This document shows, in pieces, positions 32,014 through 43,567 of a stretch of 64,000 bases of DNA (position 1 is its first letter; each line of letters starts with the position of its first letter). This DNA comes from an uncultured bacterium (GTDB lineage: Bacteria; Fidelibacterota; Marinisomatia; SCGC-AAA003-L08; JACNLC01). Both the position numbers and the translations under genes were made by a program. The notes below the pieces were generated by a model that had not been told where the DNA came from, ran no database searches, and saw nothing but the letters and a program-made list of their open reading frames with translations. Location of the stretch: assembly GCA_964409335.1 (NCBI GenBank), contig CAYPCW010000004.1, positions 12,745 to 76,744 of the forward strand. Reading direction: 5' to 3'.

Positions 32014-33788
32014 ACTCCCTCTATTCTAAGCACCGAAACCGGATTGGGTTTATCGCCATTGCATTGATCGTTATTTTTATGGTGTTAGCCGGCCGGTTGT
32101 TTTTCGTGCAAATTTATATGCATAGGGAATATGCTGAAATCGTAAACTCAAAATCAAAACTTAAGATGGATATTTCCGGTTCTCGTGGAATTATTTTTGA
32201 CCGGAACGGAGTGCCTCTGACGAAAAATCTCACCCATTACACATTATGGGTGGATACGCAGGGAAAAATTGACCGCAATGATATCAGCATGTATTTATCC
32301 GCCATATTTGATAAGTCTCCTCAATATTACCTGGGAAAAATGAATAAGGAATCCCGATACCTTGTCCTGGAGAAAAACATTCTTGACCCCCAAATTGCAG
32401 GTATCAGAAGAGATCTGAAAAAATTAAATATCCAAATTGGAGATAACACAAAACGATATTATCCATATAGTGATCTCGCCTCGCAGGTGATCGGGTTTAC
32501 CGACACGGAATCGCAGGGCGCAATCGGCATAGAATGCCAATTCAATTCGGTATTGTCAGGAAGGCGAGGCACAAAGGAAATGACCCGGAATTCCACGGGG
32601 AGACTTCAAACGGATATTTATGCTGACCAGCCCTATTTGTCAAACGGTCTGGATATCACGCTAACACTGGACATCTCGTATCAAGCCATATTACAGGATG
32701 AGCTTCAACAGGCCTGTAAAGCCACAGATGCTAAAGGCGCAAACGGACTCATCATCGATCCTTTCACCGGAGAGATACTGGCGATGGCTTCTTACCCGGG
32801 ATTCGATCCTAATAACTATTCGTATTATCCGGTGGAAACCTATCAAAACCAGGTTATCAGTATGACCTATGAACCCGGATCGACATACAAGATCGTCGCT
32901 ATTTCCGCCGGATTGGAGAACGGCCTGATCTCACCCTGGCAGACATACGATTGTGAAAACGGTGAATACCAGCTCTATAACCGTACGTTTCATGACCACG
33001 AAAAATATGAGATTTTGACTGTATCGGAAATACTGATGCATTCCAGCAATATCGGGATGGTCAAAATTGCATCGAACATCGGATCTCTGGACGTTTATAA
33101 ATACTCTAAACGATATGGTTTCGGAGAGCCTGCGGGAATTCAGTTACCCCATGAAAACGGGGGAATTTTACGGGATTTCGGGATATGGACAAAAACTTCC
33201 GGAGCCACTATTGCCATAGGACAGGAATTAGCCGTAACCACTCTCCAGACCGCATTATCATATTGTGTCATTTCGAATGGCGGTTATTTGGTGATGCCCA
33301 ATATTATCCGGGAGATATCGGGTAATCGTCAGGTTCAGGAATTTCGGTATCGCCCTCAAGCGATCAGGAGGGTCATCTCCCCGCAGACCGCGGATGCTAT
33401 TATGACCATGCTTCGGGGGGTTATCCTCGAAGGTACAGCTGACAAAGCACGGATAACGGGATTCCCAATTGCTGGGAAAACCAGCACCGCACAGAAGTAC
33501 ATCGGAGACAAGTACTCAAAGACTGAATTTATTTCGGCATTCGTAGGGATTTTCCCTATTGACCTCCCGCAGTTTGTCTGCGTGGTTGCCGTTGATTCCC
33601 CAATATACGGGCGTCATTGGGGGAATGAAACGGCTGCTCCTATCGTCAAAAAAGTGATTGAGCGAATCATGGGATATACGGATGAAAATTTTATGAAAAT
33701 GATGGAGTCCCCTTCAGATGAGAATGAAACCCATCAGATCCAGCGCTTTTCATTACAAACGAAAAGCATCGAAAGGAATGGCAGTTAA
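32010..33788 (+). CDS. ftsI: Peptidoglycan D,D-transpeptidase FtsI (class B PBP)
   Basis: RGIIFDRNG; SxxK (STYK), SSN, KTS motifs. Confidence 0.95.
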   Translation: MNSLYSKHRNRIGFIAIALIVIFMVLAGRLFFVQIYMHREYAEIVNSKSKLKMDISGSRGIIFDRNGVPLTKNLTHYTLWVDTQGKIDRNDISMYLSAIFDKSPQYYLGKMNKESRYLVLEKNILDPQIAGIRRDLKKLNIQIGDNTKRYYPYSDLASQVIGFTDTESQGAIGIECQFNSVLSGRRGTKEMTRNSTGRLQTDIYADQPYLSNGLDITLTLDISYQAILQDELQQACKATDAKGANGLIIDPFTGEILAMASYPGFDPNNYSYYPVETYQNQVISMTYEPGSTYKIVAISAGLENGLISPWQTYDCENGEYQLYNRTFHDHEKYEILTVSEILMHSSNIGMVKIASNIGSLDVYKYSKRYGFGEPAGIQLPHENGGILRDFGIWTKTSGATIAIGQELAVTTLQTALSYCVISNGGYLVMPNIIREISGNRQVQEFRYRPQAIRRVISPQTADAIMTMLRGVILEGTADKARITGFPIAGKTSTAQKYIGDKYSKTEFISAFVGIFPIDLPQFVCVVAVDSPIYGRHWGNETAAPIVKKVIERIMGYTDENFMKMMESPSDENETHQIQRFSLQTKSIERNGS

Positions 33789-35230
33789 TGCAACTGCATG
33801 ACTTATTATCAAATATTGACTTCACGGGCGATATCGAAGAATGTGAAATCAGAAATATTACCCACGATTCAAGAAAAGTTAAACCCGGGACCCTGTTTGT
33901 TGCGATCAAAGGACAAAAGGAGGATGGCCATGATTATATTCTGGATGCTGTCCACCGGGGCGCATGTGCCGTGATGTCTAATGGACGAAGCCCCCGGAAT
34001 ATCGGAGTACCGGTGATAAAAGTGAAAAATCCCAGAGAATCCATGTCCAGGATCGCCGCTAATTTCTATCACCATCCATCGCGGGATATGATCATTACCG
34101 GCATTACCGGGACCAACGGAAAAACCACAATTACCCACATTCTGAATCATATCTTTAAAATTTCCGGGATACCCTGCGGGACCTTGGGCACATTAGGATT
34201 TACAACGCCATCCGGAATGATGAGTACCGGGTTCACCACTCCGGAATCTGTTGATCTGCACCAACTCTTTTTCACGCTTTTACAGGGCGGTATCCGTCAT
34301 GCCGTGATGGAAATCTCTTCTCATGCCCTTGATCTTCACCGGGTAGATGACATTGACATCAATTATGCCGTCTTTACTAATCTGACCCCTGAACACCTGG
34401 ACTATCATAAGTCTATGGATCGCTATTTTACAGCCAAATTGAGATTGTTCAAGGGTCTCAGTGCGGATAAAACTGCCATCATCAATATTGATGATCCTTA
34501 TGGACAAACCATTTTAGACTACACAGCGGCAAAAGTTATCACCTACGGATTTTCTGATCTGGCCGACATCCATCCCTTATCGTGGCATTTTTCGCTGGAC
34601 CGAACCCTTGCCACTTTGACAATTAACGGTCTGCAGCTAACCATAGATACCCCATTCATCGGATCGTACAACTTATCTAATATCATGGCTGCAGCCGGTG
34701 TTGCCGTCTGCCAGGGGATCGCTATCGGACAGATCGAAGAGGCATTACGTCAGCATCCGCCGGTACCCGGGCGAATGGAGGTCATCGAAAATCACACTGC
34801 CGGAAAAGTGATTATTGATTATGCCCACACCCCTGATGCATATAATAAAGTTCTTTCCATGATCCGGGAGTTGTCGCCGGCTGATACGCAGATCATTACG
34901 GTATTTGGTTGTGGGGGCGGACGGGATGCGACGAAACGACCAGAGATGGGGAAGATCGCTTCAGAACGCTCAAATAAAATCATTATCACTTCCGATAATC
35001 CCCGATTCGAGAAGGTTGAAGACATTTGTAAAAATATCGTGAGTGGAATTTTGAAAAATAATTATCAGGTCATTTTTGACCGTAGAAAAGCCCTTGAAAC
35101 TGCTATGAGTCTGATGACGGACCATACCGTGTTGGCGATTTTTGGCAAGGGCAGGGAAGATTATGAAATTATCCGGGGAGGAAAAGTATTTCACAGTGAC
35201 GTTCAAATTGTACAGCAATTTATAAAATGA
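33788..35230 (+). CDS. murE: MurE ligase, meso-DAP-specific
   Basis: GITGTNGKTT, DYAHTPD, FGCGG, DNPR specificity motif. Confidence 0.97.
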   Translation: MQLHDLLSNIDFTGDIEECEIRNITHDSRKVKPGTLFVAIKGQKEDGHDYILDAVHRGACAVMSNGRSPRNIGVPVIKVKNPRESMSRIAANFYHHPSRDMIITGITGTNGKTTITHILNHIFKISGIPCGTLGTLGFTTPSGMMSTGFTTPESVDLHQLFFTLLQGGIRHAVMEISSHALDLHRVDDIDINYAVFTNLTPEHLDYHKSMDRYFTAKLRLFKGLSADKTAIINIDDPYGQTILDYTAAKVITYGFSDLADIHPLSWHFSLDRTLATLTINGLQLTIDTPFIGSYNLSNIMAAAGVAVCQGIAIGQIEEALRQHPPVPGRMEVIENHTAGKVIIDYAHTPDAYNKVLSMIRELSPADTQIITVFGCGGGRDATKRPEMGKIASERSNKIIITSDNPRFEKVEDICKNIVSGILKNNYQVIFDRRKALETAMSLMTDHTVLAIFGKGREDYEIIRGGKVFHSDVQIVQQFIK

Positions 35231-36567
35231 GGGTGGATATCCGCGAACACGCTATGTTTCAATCCTTTATGAGACAGTACTACCCACAATATAAACCGGT
35301 CAAGGTAAAGGGGATCACGATTGATTCCCGCCTCGTCCAAGCCGGGGATATGTACATTGCTCTGAAGGGGGATCGGGTGGATGGTCACCGGTTTATCTCT
35401 GAAGCCGAATCTTCCGGTGCTGCGTTTATCGTTTCGGAACAGGATGCAGAGGCCGGTATTCCCTTGATCAGGGTTTCATCTACGCGTCAATTTCTTATGG
35501 AATTTGCACAAAAATGGTGGATAGGATTTTCTACTCCGGTGGTCGGAATTACCGGTTCAAATGGCAAAACGACCACTAAAGAATTGCTGGTACATGTGTT
35601 ACAACCATTCACTTCAACCGCCTGGATGCCGGGGAATTATAATTCAACCATCGGTCTTCCCCTCTCTCTATTTACGATGCCTGCCTCCAGCGATATAGCA
35701 GTTTTCGAAATAGGTTCCAGCGCCCCCGGCGAAATTAAAAAATTGACGGAAATTATTCATCCGAATATAGGATTAATCACAAATGTACATCCCGCACACA
35801 TCGAATTTTTCTCCACCCTCGCTCATCTTGCTGAAGAAAAATCTGAATTGCTGAAAAACCTCCCCGGTGACGGAGTTGCATTTATTAATCTGGATGATCC
35901 ATCAATTTCATCCATGGACACTCCTGCAAAAAAAATTACCTTCAGTTTTAAAGTATCCGCTGACTTTTGCGGAAGATGGTCTAAAAATAATGGATCACCT
36001 GTCCTGACCATCAATGAACGTGAGGTTACACTCCCTATAAAAAGTGAGACGTTGGCTAAAAATGCGCTCGCAGTTTATTCCATTTGTTACACGCTTGGTA
36101 TTAATCACGAGGATATTGCCAGTCAAATATCCACGTTCGCCCTCCCTGAGGGAAGGGGAAATGTGATTGAGAAAAATAGAATGAGGGTGATCAACGATAC
36201 GTATAATGCCAATCCTGAATCGGTGAGGGCGGGGATCGAGGCAGCATTATCCTTGTTGCCTGATCGCCGGCACATTCTGGTCCTTGGGGATATGTTTGAA
36301 CTGGGTGTCCATACGCTTGAGTATCACCGGCAGATAGGTGAATTCATCAAACATAATTCCCAAATAATATTGATCACATACGGACCGCTGTCCGGGGTGA
36401 TCTCTGAAATTTGCACTTCTCATGGAATGGAATGCTACCATTTCACTGCGTCCGCCGCCATTACCCATTTTATCAATCATTTCCGGAGACCCGGTGACAT
36501 TTACTTCGTTAAAGGTTCACGGGGGATGAGAATGGAAACCATTATCAAAGAAGGGATATTTGCCTGA
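35227..36567 (+). CDS. murF: MurF ligase
   Basis: GITGSNGKTTTK, NDTYNANPES, LGDMFELG, KGSRGM. Confidence 0.97.
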   Translation: MRVDIREHAMFQSFMRQYYPQYKPVKVKGITIDSRLVQAGDMYIALKGDRVDGHRFISEAESSGAAFIVSEQDAEAGIPLIRVSSTRQFLMEFAQKWWIGFSTPVVGITGSNGKTTTKELLVHVLQPFTSTAWMPGNYNSTIGLPLSLFTMPASSDIAVFEIGSSAPGEIKKLTEIIHPNIGLITNVHPAHIEFFSTLAHLAEEKSELLKNLPGDGVAFINLDDPSISSMDTPAKKITFSFKVSADFCGRWSKNNGSPVLTINEREVTLPIKSETLAKNALAVYSICYTLGINHEDIASQISTFALPEGRGNVIEKNRMRVINDTYNANPESVRAGIEAALSLLPDRRHILVLGDMFELGVHTLEYHRQIGEFIKHNSQIILITYGPLSGVISEICTSHGMECYHFTASAAITHFINHFRRPGDIYFVKGSRGMRMETIIKEGIFA

Positions 36568-37670
36568 TGTTATATCATTTACTGTATCCTTTGCGAGATT
36601 TCTTTTTTGGATTTAATATCTTCAAATACATCTCATTTCGGGCAGTGGGTGCGGCAATTACCGCGTTGCTCATCAGTTTTCTCCTTGGACCCTGGATCAT
36701 CCGCACGCTTCAAAAGCGCCGAATTGGCGAAGTTATTCGTCCTACCGGGCCTGAATCACACCGTACTAAACAAGGTACTCCAACCATGGGAGGGATAATC
36801 ATTCTTATTGCGGTTATCCTTCCCACAGTTCTCTGGAGCAGATTGGATAATCAATTTACTCTGCTGATCCTTCTGGCAACCGTATGGATGGGGGCTATCG
36901 GATTCTTAGACGACTATCTGAAGGTCATCCGGAAATATCCGAAAGGATTGATTGCAAGATACAAGCTGGCCGGGCAACTGGTATTGGGACTTATCATCGG
37001 TCTCATTTTGTACTATTTCCCGGTAACTTCCCAGACCCGGTCTATTACGTCTGTCCCCTTTATTGCAAATGGGAGTATCGATTTAAAATGGTTTTATATT
37101 CCATTGGTGATTTTGGTGATCACAGGTACATCGAATGCCGTTAATCTTACCGATGGTCTTGACGGATTGGCGACCGGTCTTACCGCCATTTCGGTGCTCA
37201 GCTTTGGCGCTATCGCCTACGCCACCGGTCGATTCGACTTCAGTGATTATCTGAATATACTCTACCTGCCGGGCACCGGCGAACTTTTCGTGTTTGCGCT
37301 GGCATTGGCTGGTGCATGCATTGCATTTCTCTGGTACAATGCATATCCTGCTAAAGTATTTATGGGCGATACCGGTTCATTGGCTATCGGCGCTGCATTA
37401 GGTACCCTGGCCGTCCTTCTCAAAAAAGAGATCCTTCTGCTGATCATCGGCGGTGTTTTTGTGGCGGAATCCCTGTCTGTCATGATTCAGGTAGCTTATT
37501 TTAAATATACCAAACGAAAATACGGAAATGGACGCCGGATTTTCAACAAGGCGCCGATCCATCATCATTTTGAGTTGGCGGGATGGCACGAAAATACAGT
37601 CGTTATCCGGTTCTGGATTATTGGAATATTACTGGCATTATTGTCACTGACAACGATTAAGGTGCAGTAA
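36567..37670 (+). CDS. mraY: Phospho-N-acetylmuramoyl-pentapeptide transferase MraY
   Basis: GTPTMGG, NAVNLTDGLDGL, FMGDTGS, APIHHHFE. Confidence 0.98.
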   Translation: MLYHLLYPLRDFFFGFNIFKYISFRAVGAAITALLISFLLGPWIIRTLQKRRIGEVIRPTGPESHRTKQGTPTMGGIIILIAVILPTVLWSRLDNQFTLLILLATVWMGAIGFLDDYLKVIRKYPKGLIARYKLAGQLVLGLIIGLILYYFPVTSQTRSITSVPFIANGSIDLKWFYIPLVILVITGTSNAVNLTDGLDGLATGLTAISVLSFGAIAYATGRFDFSDYLNILYLPGTGELFVFALALAGACIAFLWYNAYPAKVFMGDTGSLAIGAALGTLAVLLKKEILLLIIGGVFVAESLSVMIQVAYFKYTKRKYGNGRRIFNKAPIHHHFELAGWHENTVVIRFWIIGILLALLSLTTIKVQ

Positions 37671-37674
37671 ATTC

Positions 37675-39054
37675 ATGAATCCAAACCTTATTCAAAAACT
37701 CACGCCCCACATGATCCGGGACAAGCGGATATCTATTTTGGGTGCTGCCCTCAGTGGGATCGCCGCTGCCCGGCTCGCGGAGTTCATGGGGTGTCATATC
37801 TTTATCAGCGACTGCCGGGACTCCCCGGACATCCACGACCGTGTCAGTTCTTTTTCCCACGAAATCGGCGGACATACATCCGCTGTACTCGATGCGGATA
37901 TGATCATTATCAGTCCCGGTATCAACCATGAAATTGAAATCGTGAAGTCTGCCCGGGCTCAGGGGATTCCCATCCTCAGCGAAATTGAATTTGCATCCTG
38001 GTTTACAGAGGATCCGGTAATTGCGATCACCGGGTCAAACGGGAAAACCACCACATCGTACCTTTTGTACGCCATTTTCAAAGCCGCCGGTTATCCCGTA
38101 ATGCTGGGTGGAAATATGGGTCATCCGTTTTCAAGTATCGTGTTGGACGATTTGACACATCCGGTTAAAAACCGGGTTATTATTCTAGAGATCAGCAGCT
38201 TTCAGTTAGAGGATATTTATTTTTTTTCACCGCGGATCGCGATTCTGCTAAATATTACACCCGATCACTTGAACCGGTACGTTGATCTCATGGATTATGC
38301 GAAAACCAAGTTGAAAATTGCAGAAAACCTGGATCCAAACGCCGTACTGATCACTAATCTAAAAGATCAGACAATCCAGCAATTGCTGACCGGTCGACAT
38401 ATCCCTAACGTCCTGCCCTTCATATCCGAAATTGAAGAGAGTGTTTTTACTTCGGGGTCGGATGGGATTTTCCGAAAAGGTAACCAGATTATTTCTGCGG
38501 TGGATATCCAATTAACAGGTTTGCATAACACGGAAAATATCCTCGCTGCGATGACAGCGGCAGATTGGTTCGGAATCAATGAAGATTCAATCCGTAAGGC
38601 AGTATGCGGCTTTCAGGGTATCCCCCACCGGATGGAACTTGTTGGGGATCACGGAGGGGTCCGGTATTATAATGATTCCAAAGCCACAAATACGGCCTCG
38701 GCAGTCGCCGCGGTGGCCAGTTTTCCTACGAATATTATTTTGATCTTGGGCGGATTAGCCAAGGGAAAACCGGATATTTCGAAATTGGTGACATCCATGG
38801 CTGGCCGGATAAAACAGGTGTATTGCTATGGAGACGCCGGCAAAGAGTTGATGAAACAGGTTGAATCCGGATTCCCGGCTAAATTTATATGGGATTTTAT
38901 CGAATGTTCCCATTCTGCATTCAGGTCTGCCCACAGCGGAGATGTGGTGCTCATGTCACCCGCGTGCGCCAGCTTCGATCAGTTTGATAATTTTGAACAC
39001 CGCGGAGATATATTCAGAAATTTGGTGATCGATTGGATCGGGACCCATCCATGA
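37675..39054 (+). CDS. murD: MurD ligase
   Basis: AITGSNGKTT, EISSFQL, DHLNRY, NDSKATN, SPACASFDQF. Confidence 0.97.
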   Translation: MNPNLIQKLTPHMIRDKRISILGAALSGIAAARLAEFMGCHIFISDCRDSPDIHDRVSSFSHEIGGHTSAVLDADMIIISPGINHEIEIVKSARAQGIPILSEIEFASWFTEDPVIAITGSNGKTTTSYLLYAIFKAAGYPVMLGGNMGHPFSSIVLDDLTHPVKNRVIILEISSFQLEDIYFFSPRIAILLNITPDHLNRYVDLMDYAKTKLKIAENLDPNAVLITNLKDQTIQQLLTGRHIPNVLPFISEIEESVFTSGSDGIFRKGNQIISAVDIQLTGLHNTENILAAMTAADWFGINEDSIRKAVCGFQGIPHRMELVGDHGGVRYYNDSKATNTASAVAAVASFPTNIILILGGLAKGKPDISKLVTSMAGRIKQVYCYGDAGKELMKQVESGFPAKFIWDFIECSHSAFRSAHSGDVVLMSPACASFDQFDNFEHRGDIFRNLVIDWIGTHP

Positions 39055-40172
39055 CACGGGACTTTGATAACCAACTCATCATTATTGTCTCCCTGCTGAC
39101 CGCAATGGGAACAATTATTATGTTCAGCGCTAGTTCACCCTATGCGGAAAATTTCGGGTCTCCTATGTTTTTTCTCAATCGGCATATGATTGCGCTGATG
39201 ATCGGCGCCGGGCTTCTTGTGGTACTCAGCCGGATTGACTACCGGTATATTAAACGGATGGCGGGCGTGATGCTGATCCTTTCTATGGTTTTGGTATTCG
39301 CAGGGTACATATTGAATAATACGAAAGACGCTTCCCGGTGGTTATTGTATTCAGATACCCGGAAAATGATCACCACTTCAGATTTCCTAAAATACGGTAT
39401 TATTATTTTTTCTGCTTACTATCTTGAGAAATATCAGAGACAACTTGATGACCTCCCACGGGTGATCCTTCCCTTTTTCGGAATTCTCGGATTTGCGATA
39501 ATGCTGGTGCTCCGTCAACCTGATTTAAGTACCTCCCTGGGGATCAGTGCGATTGCCGGATCGTTGTTGTTTATTGGGGGGATCAAATTCAGATACCTTA
39601 TTCCTGCTGTTTTGTTTGTTGGAATGGCTTCCATTTGGTCGTTACTTAATAATTCCTACCAACTGACCCGGCTATGGTCATGGCGGCATCCCGGGTCCAA
39701 TCTGACATCTACCAACTGGCAGTCCTACAATGCCAAAATTGCACTGGGGAACGGTGGATGGTTTGGGACAGGATTAGGCGACGGTGTCATGAAACGGGGG
39801 TATGTCCCGGAAGCCCACACCGATTTCATATACTCCGTCATTGGTGAGGAACTGGGTATATTTGTTTCGATCTTCATTCTCGGTTTGTTTTTATGGTTGT
39901 TTTTACGTTCCGTGAAAATTGCTCAAACGGCTTCTGATGCTTTTGGGATGTATCTTGCTCTGGGGATCGGACTCAATATCGCCCTGTATTGTGCGATTAA
40001 TGTGGCCTATGTGAGCGGGATATTTCCCACCACAGGTCTGCCATTGCCCTTTATCAGTTACGGCGGGACGAGCACCATACTGGTTCTTGCCAGTATGGGT
40101 ATTCTGCTGAACATCTCTTATACAGCCCGTAACCGTGGAATCGGTCGATTCGGGAGAAGATATGACCGATGA
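39051..40172 (+). CDS. ftsW: SEDS peptidoglycan polymerase FtsW
   Basis: QPDLS, PEAHTDFIYSVIGEELG, GLPLPFISYGG; ATGA overlap with murD. Confidence 0.96.
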   Translation: MTRDFDNQLIIIVSLLTAMGTIIMFSASSPYAENFGSPMFFLNRHMIALMIGAGLLVVLSRIDYRYIKRMAGVMLILSMVLVFAGYILNNTKDASRWLLYSDTRKMITTSDFLKYGIIIFSAYYLEKYQRQLDDLPRVILPFFGILGFAIMLVLRQPDLSTSLGISAIAGSLLFIGGIKFRYLIPAVLFVGMASIWSLLNNSYQLTRLWSWRHPGSNLTSTNWQSYNAKIALGNGGWFGTGLGDGVMKRGYVPEAHTDFIYSVIGEELGIFVSIFILGLFLWLFLRSVKIAQTASDAFGMYLALGIGLNIALYCAINVAYVSGIFPTTGLPLPFISYGGTSTILVLASMGILLNISYTARNRGIGRFGRRYDR

Positions 40173-41253
40173 TGTCAGAATCATCATTGCCGGAGGTGGA
40201 ACCGGTGGCCATTTATTCCCGGCGATTGCCATTGCTGATGAACTTCGAGCCAGGGGAGCGCTGGTAAAATTTGTCGGTTCAAAATTTGGTATCGAAGCCC
40301 AGGTTCTCCCTCACCGGGGTGAATCGCCTCTGCTGCTGTCAATTCGGGGAATCCGCAGAGATTTTTCAATGTCCTCGATCCTGACAAATCTGGTATTCCC
40401 CTTCAGGTTTTTAGTGGCTTATATCAAATCAGTTCGCTATCTTCGGCGGTTTCAGCCGCATGTGGTTGTGGGTACGGGCGGATATTCAAGCGGCGTCCCC
40501 CTGTTGGCAGCGATTCGATCCGGATTTAAAACGCTGATTCAGGAACAAAACTCCTACCCTGGGATCACGAGTCGGAGATTATCCTCTAAGGTGGATATCA
40601 TCTGTACCGCTTTTGAAGAAGCAACCGCTTATTTGTCAGGCGATATCCGCCTCTATGGTAATCCTGTCCGCAAAACTGTGAAGGTATTAGAAAAATCGAC
40701 TGCCCGACGGGAAATGATGATCAGTGAGACTCTCCCGACCCTGTTTATTTTGGGAGGGAGTCAGGGGTCACTTCCATTGAACATTCATTTTCAAAAACAA
40801 CACCTAATCTACCTCCAGAAAGGATATCAGATCATCTGGCAATGTGGAGAAGCTCATTTTCCCGGTCTAAAATCACTGAATGATCAAAAAAACATTCATA
40901 TTTTTCCCTTCATTCAGGAGATGGGAATCGCCTACAGTGCAGCCGATTTAGTGGTGTGTCGTGCCGGAGCACTCACTCTTGCGGAATTATGTTACTGTCA
41001 CAAGGCATCCGTTCTGATCCCGTTCCCCTTCGCAGCAGCAGGCCATCAGAGGGTGAACGCAAAGTCCATGGCGGATCGGGGCGCTGCCATTCTGACGCCT
41101 CAGAGCGAACTATCCACCGGAAAACTCGAAGCACAGATTTTTGCCTTGTTTGAGAATCCGGAGACCCTCCCTACCATGGAGAAAAATGCGGGATTACTGG
41201 CAAGGCCGGATGCCACAAAACAGATCGCCACGGCGATCATGGGACTTGCCTGA
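40162..41253 (+). CDS. murG: Glycosyltransferase MurG
   Basis: GGGTGGHLFP, EQNSYPG, GGSQGS, RAGALTLAE; GGGAG precedes the ATG at 40162. Confidence 0.98.
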   Translation: MTDDVRIIIAGGGTGGHLFPAIAIADELRARGALVKFVGSKFGIEAQVLPHRGESPLLLSIRGIRRDFSMSSILTNLVFPFRFLVAYIKSVRYLRRFQPHVVVGTGGYSSGVPLLAAIRSGFKTLIQEQNSYPGITSRRLSSKVDIICTAFEEATAYLSGDIRLYGNPVRKTVKVLEKSTARREMMISETLPTLFILGGSQGSLPLNIHFQKQHLIYLQKGYQIIWQCGEAHFPGLKSLNDQKNIHIFPFIQEMGIAYSAADLVVCRAGALTLAELCYCHKASVLIPFPFAAAGHQRVNAKSMADRGAAILTPQSELSTGKLEAQIFALFENPETLPTMEKNAGLLARPDATKQIATAIMGLA

Positions 41254-42626
41254 TGTTCGGCAAAATCAAACATATTCATTTTGTTGGCATCGGCGGTATC
41301 GGTATGAGCGGAATGGCGGAGTTGCTCCATTCGCTGGGATTCATCATTACGGGGTCGGATAAAGTATTTTCTGAGCGGACACAACATCTGGCTTCACTCG
41401 GAATTCAACTTTATGAAGACCATCAGGAAAAAAACGTACGGTCTTGCGATGTGCTGGTGTATTCTTCTGCCGTCAAACCGGATAATCCTGAAATTCAGGC
41501 GGCAAACGCCCGAAAGATCCCGACCATTCGACGGGCGGAGATGCTGGGTGAATTACTGAAATTGAAGCCCATCAGTATTGCTGTGGGCGGTACCCATGGA
41601 AAAACCACCACCTCCTCTATGATGGGTTCCATTCTAACGAAGGCGGACTTCCAACCCACGCTGGTGATTGGGGGCATTGTCAATAATATCGCCTCAAATA
41701 TGATAACCGGTACGGGTGATGTGATTCTGGTAGAAGCAGACGAATTCGACCGCTCTTTTTTATCCCTGAATCCTACAATGACGATTGTGACCAACATTGA
41801 CCTTGAACACCTTGACTGCTATAAAAATCTGGAGGATCTGCAGTCTGCATTTGTGCATTTCGTCAATTCTGTCCCTTTTTACGGACGATCGGCGCTGTGT
41901 ATTGACCATCCGAATGTGCAGAATATACTCCCGGTGATCAAGCGGCCGGTTAGGACATTTGGTTTTAGCACACAGGCGGATGTTCGAGCTGAAAATATCA
42001 TGTACGCGCAATCCGGAACTTCATTTGATGTATATATATCCGGTCAAAAGACGGGTAGGGTCGAACTGAAGGTCCCCGGTGATCATAATATAAAAAATGC
42101 TCTTGCCGCCATCTGCCTTGCGATAGAACTGGATATCAATTTCGACCACATCCGGGAAGGCTTAACGGCATATTCCGGAGTATGGCGTCGGTTTCAGATT
42201 TTGCGGGAGACAAAATCGAATGTGATGATCGTAGACGATTATGCCCATCATCCCTCAGAAGTTTCTGCCACCTTACAGGCGGCACGAGCCGGTTGGAACC
42301 GCCGGATTATCGCAGTATTTCAGCCGCACTTATTCACCCGTACAAAGGACTTTTATCCGGATTTCGCACGGGCTTTTCTGCAGGCAGATGTGTTCATTGT
42401 CACCGATATTTATCCTGCACGGGAAGCGCCCATTGAAGGCATTACATCAAAACTCATTTCAAATACCGCCCGGCAGTTTGGACATAAACAAGTATATGAT
42501 GTACCAGATAAGCATCAGGTGGCTTCCCTCATCAGGTCGATCGTTCAACCCGGGGATATGGTTATCACCATGGGCGCGGGAGATATTTGGCGTCAAAATG
42601 AGAAGATCATCGAGATATTATCATGA
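41253..42626 (+). CDS. murC: MurC ligase
   Basis: GIGGIGMSG, GTHGKTTT, EADEFD, DDYAHHP, FQPHLFTRT. Confidence 0.98.
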   Translation: MFGKIKHIHFVGIGGIGMSGMAELLHSLGFIITGSDKVFSERTQHLASLGIQLYEDHQEKNVRSCDVLVYSSAVKPDNPEIQAANARKIPTIRRAEMLGELLKLKPISIAVGGTHGKTTTSSMMGSILTKADFQPTLVIGGIVNNIASNMITGTGDVILVEADEFDRSFLSLNPTMTIVTNIDLEHLDCYKNLEDLQSAFVHFVNSVPFYGRSALCIDHPNVQNILPVIKRPVRTFGFSTQADVRAENIMYAQSGTSFDVYISGQKTGRVELKVPGDHNIKNALAAICLAIELDINFDHIREGLTAYSGVWRRFQILRETKSNVMIVDDYAHHPSEVSATLQAARAGWNRRIIAVFQPHLFTRTKDFYPDFARAFLQADVFIVTDIYPAREAPIEGITSKLISNTARQFGHKQVYDVPDKHQVASLIRSIVQPGDMVITMGAGDIWRQNEKIIEILS

Positions 42627-43567
42627 CGCAAAATCCGTTTAAACAAATATTAGAAAAGAATATTCGCGGCTCCATTTTGTACGATGAGCCTATGACCAGG
42701 CATACAACCTTCGGAATTGGAGGTCCCGCCGAATATCTGGTATATCCTGCAGATAAATCCGATCTGGCAACCCTCCTGAAACTCTGTACCCGACACCATA
42801 TTTCTACGCATATTATCGGCTCCGGATCGAATGTTCTGGCAAACAGCTCTGGCGTGAACGGACTGGTGATCTCCCTGAAAAAAACATTCAAATCATTAAA
42901 GATCACGCAGGGGTTACAGATCATCAGCGAATCCGGCGTCATGCTGGGGACAATGGTGAGACAAGCCATTCGGTGTGGCATTTGCGGATTGGAGAGTCTC
43001 ATCGGAGTACCGGGTACCGTAGGCGGTGCACTCATCATGAATGCCGGCGCATACGGCGCCGAAATCTCAAAGAATTTATCAACAGCTACCGTATTGACAA
43101 AAAAGGGTGTGGAGAAAAAGCTGATGAAAGGACAGATCCGCTTCTCCTACCGCACTTCTTCCTTTGATCCGGATGAAATTTTGATCGGCGCAATTTTCAA
43201 CGGCGAACGGGGGAATCCCGACTCCATTCGTGCTCTGCGGGAAAGGGCATCCTCAAAACGTAAATCTTCACAACCCCTTCGATTTCGATCTGCCGGAAGT
43301 ATATTTAAAAACCCTGCGGGTGAATTCCCCGCCGGACTGCTGATTGATCAGTCAGAACTGAAGGGGACCCGGTGCGGGGATGCCGAAATATCAGAAAAAC
43401 ATGCCAATTTCATTGTGAATCGTCACCAAGCAACATCAGAGGACATATTAACGTTAATCCGAAAAATCAGAGCAGAAGTCTATCGCCGAAATAAAATTTT
43501 ACTTGAATTAGAAATCAAATTACTGGGATTCCCCAGCTCAATCTTGGAGGAGTTTAGACATGCTTAG
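42623..43567 (+). CDS. murB: UDP-N-acetylmuramate dehydrogenase MurB
   Basis: HTTFGIGGPA, GSGSNVL, PGTVGGA, MNAGAYG, SAGSIFKNP, KHANF. Confidence 0.97.
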   Translation: MTQNPFKQILEKNIRGSILYDEPMTRHTTFGIGGPAEYLVYPADKSDLATLLKLCTRHHISTHIIGSGSNVLANSSGVNGLVISLKKTFKSLKITQGLQIISESGVMLGTMVRQAIRCGICGLESLIGVPGTVGGALIMNAGAYGAEISKNLSTATVLTKKGVEKKLMKGQIRFSYRTSSFDPDEILIGAIFNGERGNPDSIRALRERASSKRKSSQPLRFRSAGSIFKNPAGEFPAGLLIDQSELKGTRCGDAEISEKHANFIVNRHQATSEDILTLIRKIRAEVYRRNKILLELEIKLLGFPSSILEEFRHA